From contig JBQLZK010000012.1 in the NCBI GenBank assembly GCA_052168235.1, forward strand, positions 32,001 through 96,000: 64,000 bases of DNA, in the 5' to 3' direction. The notes below the pieces were generated by a model. It worked only from the letters and a program-made list of their open reading frames with translations. It was not told the DNA's origin and searched no databases. Positions 58,695 through 64,000 of the stretch are shown in pieces; the stretch's first letter is position 1, and each line of letters starts with the position of its first letter. The translations under genes and the position numbers were made by a program. Source of the DNA: Thainema sp. (GTDB lineage: Bacteria; Cyanobacteriota; Cyanobacteriia; Phormidesmidales; Phormidesmidaceae).

Positions 58695-60155
58695 ATGCAG
58701 CGTTCTCCGTCTCGCCAGCGTTTAAATACGCGATCGCGCTTTGGCCTCAAAACCACCCTTGTGGGCGCTATCTTGCTCATCGTCAGCGCCACGGCCACGG
58801 TCGTTTATATTCCTTGGTGGTTGATGTCCCAAAGAAATATCAAAACTATCGTCAACCAGGTCAACAAAGAAATCATTCAGGGTACCTCCCAAGAAGTGGA
58901 GCGTCTATTTGCTTCCAACGAATCTGCCCATCAGCTTATTCTCAGCAGCATCAACCGCAACTTGCTGACGCTAGATCGGGCTGAAGAGCGAGAAAACTAT
59001 TTAATTAGTGTCCTAGAGGCCAATCCAAACTTTACTTGGGTGCAGTTTGGCTATAGCAATGGCGATTTTATTGGGGCCCAGCGTACGACGGATGGACTAA
59101 TCAAGTATCACAATCGAGACTGGAATCCAGAAACTCAAAAAACGGTTGCTACAATCCGCACGTACCAGAATGATGAAGGCAACCTGGAACTGCTGGATCA
59201 GGAAATCGCCGAAAGGAATCCGCCCTACTATGCACCGGATCGTCCTTGGTATCAGAATGCCGTCGAGAAACAGGGTGAAACAGCCTGGACTATCTACATC
59301 TACAGTTCGAGTAGCACTCCGGGCATGGATTCGAGTGTCGTGCTTGAACGAGATGGTGAGGTACTTGGCGTCATTGGTGTTGGGATGGAACTGACCCAGC
59401 TATCTGAGTATTTATCGCGACTCCAAGGCGATCGAGCGGGTGAAATTTTCATCATCAATGCCCAGGAAGAGCTGATTGCAGCAAGTAACCCAGCTGCTGT
59501 TTTGCCCGAAGCTGGGATGGAAACCAATATGCAGCAATTCAACAATACTGATGATTTAATGCTGCAGTTGGCTTACCAGGGGTTTCAGACCGAGAATATT
59601 ACAAACCAGCTGGTTAATGAGCTAGAGAAAGGTGAGTCACAGAAATTTGTCTACGCTGACCCCGACTCCGGTGAAAAGTATTTAATTTCATTTGCTCCCA
59701 TTGGGCGAAACAACTGGATTTTAGGGACTATCATTCCGTCTGATAGCTACTTGGCCACTATTCGTCGCAATCAGCAGATCCTACTGGTGGCGATTCTGTT
59801 TTTTATCATTGGTGCAGCGGGCATTGCCATCCTGATTTCCGATCGCCTAATTGCTCGGCCTATTCTCAAAATTGCCAATATGGCCACCGACATTGAAACT
59901 GGCCAGTTCGAAGTGCATCAGCTCGCTGAAGTCGCTGAGCGCCAGGACGAACTGGGTCGGCTAGCTCGCGTGTTTCAAACAATGGCGCAGCAGGTTTATG
60001 AGCGGGAATACAAAATGCGGCAGCAAATTGAAGAACTCGGCTTCAAGGCCGATCAAGCCGAACTACAGCAGCTCAATCTCGATCAAGTTGACAGCTACCA
60101 GCAGTTGCTAATCAAATCCCGCCGCCTGCGCGGCAGCCTACAGCAAAAGCGCTAA
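58695..60155 (+). CDS. TM-dCache-TM-HAMP protein with a short coiled-coil tail and no catalytic output domain
   Basis: YYAPDRPWY, two TM helices, [16 protein letters not shown], ends ~50 aa later. Confidence 0.85.
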   Translation: MQRSPSRQRLNTRSRFGLKTTLVGAILLIVSATATVVYIPWWLMSQRNIKTIVNQVNKEIIQGTSQEVERLFASNESAHQLILSSINRNLLTLDRAEERENYLISVLEANPNFTWVQFGYSNGDFIGAQRTTDGLIKYHNRDWNPETQKTVATIRTYQNDEGNLELLDQEIAERNPPYYAPDRPWYQNAVEKQGETAWTIYIYSSSSTPGMDSSVVLERDGEVLGVIGVGMELTQLSEYLSRLQGDRAGEIFIINAQEELIAASNPAAVLPEAGMETNMQQFNNTDDLMLQLAYQGFQTENITNQLVNELEKGESQKFVYADPDSGEKYLISFAPIGRNNWILGTIIPSDSYLATIRRNQQILLVAILFFIIGAAGIAILISDRLIARPILKIANMATDIETGQFEVHQLAEVAERQDELGRLARVFQTMAQQVYEREYKMRQQIEELGFKADQAELQQLNLDQVDSYQQLLIKSRRLRGSLQQKR

Positions 60156-60871
60156 GCTGACGACGCCTGCTCGATCGATTCGGTTGATTCTGCCTCAGCA
60201 TGGGGCTGATAACCATCGGGAAAAATCGCGCCTTCGAGCTGGGCATCGGTAAAGTCCACTCCATTCAGGCTGGCATTGCTGAAATCAGCCCCATGCAGCG
60301 TCGCGTGACTGAACTTGGCTCCATCTAGATTCGCACCGTTGAAATTGGCCTGAATTAAGTCAGCCTCGCTCAAGTCTGCCCCACTCAAATCGGCATTACT
60401 AAAGTCAGCCCGAATCAAGCTACTGCCCGTAAAAATCGTGCCGATCAAATCCGCCCCGGTAAAGTCAGTCTCAATCAGGCTGGCATGACTCAGATCGGCC
60501 CGAATCAGTGCCGCATAGCTGAGATTGGCGTGGCTAAAATCAGCCCGACGCGAATCTGTTTCAATTAAATTGGCGTGGGGCAGCTCGGCCTCGCTTAGAT
60601 CCGTTTTCCGCAGTTCGGCACCGCTCATGTCAGCTTCTGACAAATCTGCTTGACTCAAATCAGCCGCAATCAAATCATTGCGGTGCAGGTTCGCATCTGA
60701 CAAATCCGCACCGCTATAGTGCCCGCCCCGCAAGAGACTGGCACCGCTCAAATCGGGCCGAATATCCTGGTGCTCTGCTCGCCACTGATTCCACTCTTCA
60801 ACGTCCTGCTGGATCAAAGCCAGATGATCTGGATTTGCCAAAATGCCTCCTTCGGCAATCGTGTGCGCCAT
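60152..60871 (-). CDS. Pentapeptide repeat protein
   Basis: WNQWR...PDLSGA followed by many A(D/N)L/Fxx repeats. Confidence 0.92.
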   Translation of the reverse strand: MAHTIAEGGILANPDHLALIQQDVEEWNQWRAEHQDIRPDLSGASLLRGGHYSGADLSDANLHRNDLIAADLSQADLSEADMSGAELRKTDLSEAELPHANLIETDSRRADFSHANLSYAALIRADLSHASLIETDFTGADLIGTIFTGSSLIRADFSNADLSGADLSEADLIQANFNGANLDGAKFSHATLHGADFSNASLNGVDFTDAQLEGAIFPDGYQPHAEAESTESIEQASSA

Positions 60872-60942
60872 TCACGCTTAATGACTCAATCAGCATATCC
60901 AGAGTGAAAGTGCGATCGCATCCATCCCAATCTAGATTCTCA

Positions 60943-61839
60943 TCACTTTTTCAATCCCCAAACACTCTCCCTCTGCCGCTCCGACAGCGTCACCTGCAAA
61001 TACGGCAGTCCCTGGTGAAATGACGTGGCACTGCACAGCTCTGGCCAGCGCGGTTGATGAGAGGTGTAAGCGAAAAAGACGGCAACGCGCTCCGTCTGCG
61101 GCACCCGTCCGTGATGAAACACTTTAGCGGTGTCAGTGAAAATAACGGTTCCGGCTTTGCCCGTGCAGACTTGCCACTGGTCTGGCGGCACCACCTGGGC
61201 CATGTCGGAATTGGAGATTTGGTAGTTCACGGCCTTGAACTGCTTGTAGGAGGGCGATTGCGACTTGGGGATGTACTCAAAGGGGCCGTCGGTCTCGCCC
61301 ACGTCCGTCAGATAAATAATGATTTTGACCACATGGCGATCTTCGCCATCGCGGTGCCAGAAACGAGTGCCAATCTGCTGCCCATCCACCACGTCCCGCC
61401 GCAGATTGACGCCCTGGCAAGCAACGGGAGCCTGCATGTAGACTTCCAGAATATTCAAAATGCGATCGCACAATCCCCAGGTAAATAGGGCTGAATAATC
61501 CCTGGCAATCTGAATTGGGCTAGCGGGGACGGCGTGACTAAAAGCGTTCTGTCGATCATGGGGTCGAGGTGCGATCGCAGGTTGCGTTTGTAGCTCGGCC
61601 ATCAGCGCTTGAGCGGCTTGCATAAACTGCTCGGTATCTGGGATTGCCAGTTCAGCTAGCGAGGAAACCGCTACACCGTCTTGTTTAATAACTGACACAA
61701 TTCGCTGATCAACCGGATGGAGTAGCGCCCGCTGTGTCTCAATCTGAGGTGCATAGCGCTGCTGTTCCAGCCAAAACTTGACCTCCGACTGAGCCACCTG
61801 CCACTTGCGCCGAATCTTTTGCGGGAGCGTCTGAAGCAT
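60943..61839 (-). CDS. Fe(II)/2-oxoglutarate dioxygenase (PhyH-like)
   Basis: WHRD, IIYLTDV...GPFEYIP, GTVIFTDT..FHHG..P...R. Confidence 0.8.
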   Translation of the reverse strand: MLQTLPQKIRRKWQVAQSEVKFWLEQQRYAPQIETQRALLHPVDQRIVSVIKQDGVAVSSLAELAIPDTEQFMQAAQALMAELQTQPAIAPRPHDRQNAFSHAVPASPIQIARDYSALFTWGLCDRILNILEVYMQAPVACQGVNLRRDVVDGQQIGTRFWHRDGEDRHVVKIIIYLTDVGETDGPFEYIPKSQSPSYKQFKAVNYQISNSDMAQVVPPDQWQVCTGKAGTVIFTDTAKVFHHGRVPQTERVAVFFAYTSHQPRWPELCSATSFHQGLPYLQVTLSERQRESVWGLKK

Positions 61840-61893
61840 TTGCGAAATTCCTCAGCGTTGACTGAACTAATCTATAAATAGCGCACTCAAAGC

Positions 61894-62805
61894 TTAAGAA
61901 TCGGCTGGATTGCGCGATAAGGTTGCGCCGATGGCGGCCAGTGTGACCAGCGCGATCGCAACTACGGATCTCATGGTCAAGACCTCGTGTAGGAATAGAA
62001 GACCCACCAAAGCTGCGATCGCAGGTTCGATACTAATCAACACGCCGAAGACGCGGGGCGGCATCCGCTTAAGGGCATTGAACTCCAGCGAGTAGGGGAT
62101 GACAGTGCCCAGAACGGCCACGCCTAGCCCAATCAGCAAGGCTGGGGGACTGAGCAAGGCGGTACCCGCTTGCCCAATGCCAAACGGCAGCAGCAGCAAG
62201 GCGGCAATCGTCATCGCTAGCGTTAGGCCGACTTTGCCAGAAAAGGCTTGTCCCACGGCTCGCGACAGCAGGATATAGCCCGCCCAGCAGGCTCCCGCGA
62301 TCAGCGCCAGGGCAACTCCAAGTGGGTCGAGCGTCATGGAGTGTAGGGGATTGAACAGCAGTACCCCAGTGGTGGCTAAGCCAGCCCAGAGGAAATCGAG
62401 CCGCTGCCGTGAACCGAGAATTGCCACGCTCAGCGGTCCCAGGAATTCCAGCGTGGAGGCGACACCCAGGGGAATCCGGTCAATGGCGCTGTAGATGGCC
62501 AGGGACATGCTCGCCATTGTCAGTCCCATGAGGCCAACCAGTAAATAGCTGCGGCGCGAGTAGTCCCAGCGATAGAACCGACAGGTGGCCAGCAGAAATA
62601 AAGCTGCGATCGCTTTATATAAAAATGAGGCTCCCACCACGCCCAGCGTCTCGAACATGGACTTGGCAAAGACGGACGCGAGCTGAATGGCAAAGCTGGA
62701 CAGCAGCACCAAACCGCTGGGCGGCATGGCTCCCGCTAGGCGCTGAAGAGTTTGAGCCGGACGGGTAACGGCGACCGACCAATCGGAACGAATGGGGTAA
62801 ATCAC
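61894..62805 (-). CDS. EamA/DMT transporter (RhtA-like); start may be ATG 62727
   Basis: AIDRIPLGVASTLEFLGPL, CWAGYIL, IPYSLE, ISIEPAIAA. Confidence 0.88.
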   Translation of the reverse strand: MIYPIRSDWSVAVTRPAQTLQRLAGAMPPSGLVLLSSFAIQLASVFAKSMFETLGVVGASFLYKAIAALFLLATCRFYRWDYSRRSYLLVGLMGLTMASMSLAIYSAIDRIPLGVASTLEFLGPLSVAILGSRQRLDFLWAGLATTGVLLFNPLHSMTLDPLGVALALIAGACWAGYILLSRAVGQAFSGKVGLTLAMTIAALLLLPFGIGQAGTALLSPPALLIGLGVAVLGTVIPYSLEFNALKRMPPRVFGVLISIEPAIAALVGLLFLHEVLTMRSVVAIALVTLAAIGATLSRNPADS

Positions 62806-62900
62806 GATAGATGTGCGGATAGGTTATTGCTTGGATTGATCATCATAGGATGTGGGGGGTGTTGGGAGATAGTGTTTAGGCAAGGGGTTTGAGGCTGTAG

Positions 62901-62956
62901 AGGGGAGTGGGGGAGTGGGGAGTAGGGGAGTAGGGAGTAGGGGAGTGGGAGAGGGA
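62901..62956 (+). repeat. GGGGAGT(A/G) tandem repeat (STRR-like, G-quadruplex capable)
   Basis: aggggagtgggggagtggggagtaggggagtagggagtaggggagtggggagaggg. Confidence 0.8.
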
Positions 62957-63055
62957 AAGAATGTGGGGAGTCGAGGGGGTAGGTGTGAGGGAGCGGCTTG
63001 GATGGGTGAACGTTAGAATAATTTGGGTAGATTTACTGCTTTGTTTTCGACTCCT

Positions 63056-63976
63056 ATGACGCAAACTGCCGCGATCTCAGATTCTAATCCTAGTCCAAAC
63101 TCCAATTCAGAAACCTATTGGACGTGGCGTGACCAGCCGATTCACTACGTCAAGGCGGGTTCGCGTGCTGACCGTCCGCCGCTGCTGCTGATTCATGGCT
63201 TTGGCGCTTCGACCGATCACTGGCGCAAGAATATTGCTCAGCTCCAGCATGAGTTTGAGGTGTGGGCGGTTGACCTGCTGGGCTTTGGACGTTCGGCTAA
63301 GCCGGACTGGCAATATAGCGGTGATGTCTGGCGCGATCAGCTCCATGATTTTGTGCAGCATAAAATTGGTCGCCCGGCAGTGCTGGCGGGCAATTCGCTG
63401 GGCGGTTATGCCTCGCTTTGTGTGGCGGCACAGCGACCGGAATCGGCGGCGGGTGTGGTGCTGCTGAATAGTGCTGGCCCGTTTTCGGAACCCGTCCCGG
63501 CTGGGGCGGAGGCGGAGCAGGTAGCGAAGTCGAATCCGCTCCAGCAGGCGGTTCGCATGTTTATGCTACAGCCGTTGCCAAGCTGGGTGCTGTTCCAGTA
63601 CACGCGGCGGCGCTCGACGATTCGGCGGGTGCTGAAGCAGGTCTATCTGGACGAGTCGGCGGTGACCGATCAACTGGTGGAAGATATTTATCGGCCTTCC
63701 TGCGATCCGGGGGCGGCGCGGGTGTTTGCGTCGGTGTTTAAGTCGCCACGGGGCGAAACGGTGGACAAGCTGCTGGAGCAGTTGAAGCACCCGCTGCTGC
63801 TGCTCTGGGGCGAGGGTGACCCCTGGATGAATGCCCGCGATCGCGGTGTCAAGTTTCGCCAATATTATCCTGATCTAACGGAGCATTATCTCCAAGCGGG
63901 GCACTGTCCCCACGATGAGGTGCCGCATCAGGTGAATGAGCTAATGACCCATTGGGTGCTGCAAAACTGTATGTAG
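63056..63976 (+). CDS. Alpha/beta hydrolase
   Basis: LIHGFGAS, DLLGFGRS, GNSLGG nucleophile, WGEGDPW, AGHCPHDE. Confidence 0.92.
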   Translation: MTQTAAISDSNPSPNSNSETYWTWRDQPIHYVKAGSRADRPPLLLIHGFGASTDHWRKNIAQLQHEFEVWAVDLLGFGRSAKPDWQYSGDVWRDQLHDFVQHKIGRPAVLAGNSLGGYASLCVAAQRPESAAGVVLLNSAGPFSEPVPAGAEAEQVAKSNPLQQAVRMFMLQPLPSWVLFQYTRRRSTIRRVLKQVYLDESAVTDQLVEDIYRPSCDPGAARVFASVFKSPRGETVDKLLEQLKHPLLLLWGEGDPWMNARDRGVKFRQYYPDLTEHYLQAGHCPHDEVPHQVNELMTHWVLQNCM

Positions 63977-64000
63977 GTTTGAGCCAATTTCACGTTAAGG

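Larger units (their letters stand above)
1187..62612. repeat. Dispersed HIP1 octamers (GCGATCGC, often extended to TGCGATCGCA)
   Basis: Dozens of copies, e.g. 1187, 1211, 1895, 3050, 15421, 15463, 31671. Confidence 0.95.

Overview
Gene-dense chromosomal window from a cyanobacterium, probably a filamentous Leptolyngbya-like strain. The evidence is dozens of HIP1 GCGATCGC octamers, cruF/cruG, CSP41, DUF928/CHAT and pentapeptide-repeat genes, and short tandem repeats. Most genes are housekeeping or typical cyanobacterial: TolC, glpK, TRAP SBP, neopullulanase, coaE, cysteine synthase, the GNAT-ruvX-DUF3727-mltG-yqeG run, cruFG, ZIP, cydAB and HtrA. I saw no rRNA, tRNA, CRISPR array or transposase. 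Five things stand out. (1) A stand-alone A-T-R NRPS-like reductase with an alanine code (DLFNNALTYK) is followed by a dCache hybrid kinase that appears to lack the carboxylate-binding Arg and by a REC-kinase; this is a candidate signal-synthase/receptor module. (2) An Asp/Glu racemase is clustered with a peptidoglycan-binding SBP, a non-canonical DAACS carrier and an output-less dCache-HAMP protein; this is a candidate D-amino-acid signalling module. (3) A 1706-aa GT2 / two-partner-secretion / CHAT protease fusion. (4) Many long perfect palindromes with 3-nt loops, including two repeat families with compensatory changes; one family sits directly upstream of both modules (1) and (2). (5) A candidate ~105-nt sRNA upstream of glpK. 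All calls come from reading motifs by eye; no database searches were run.
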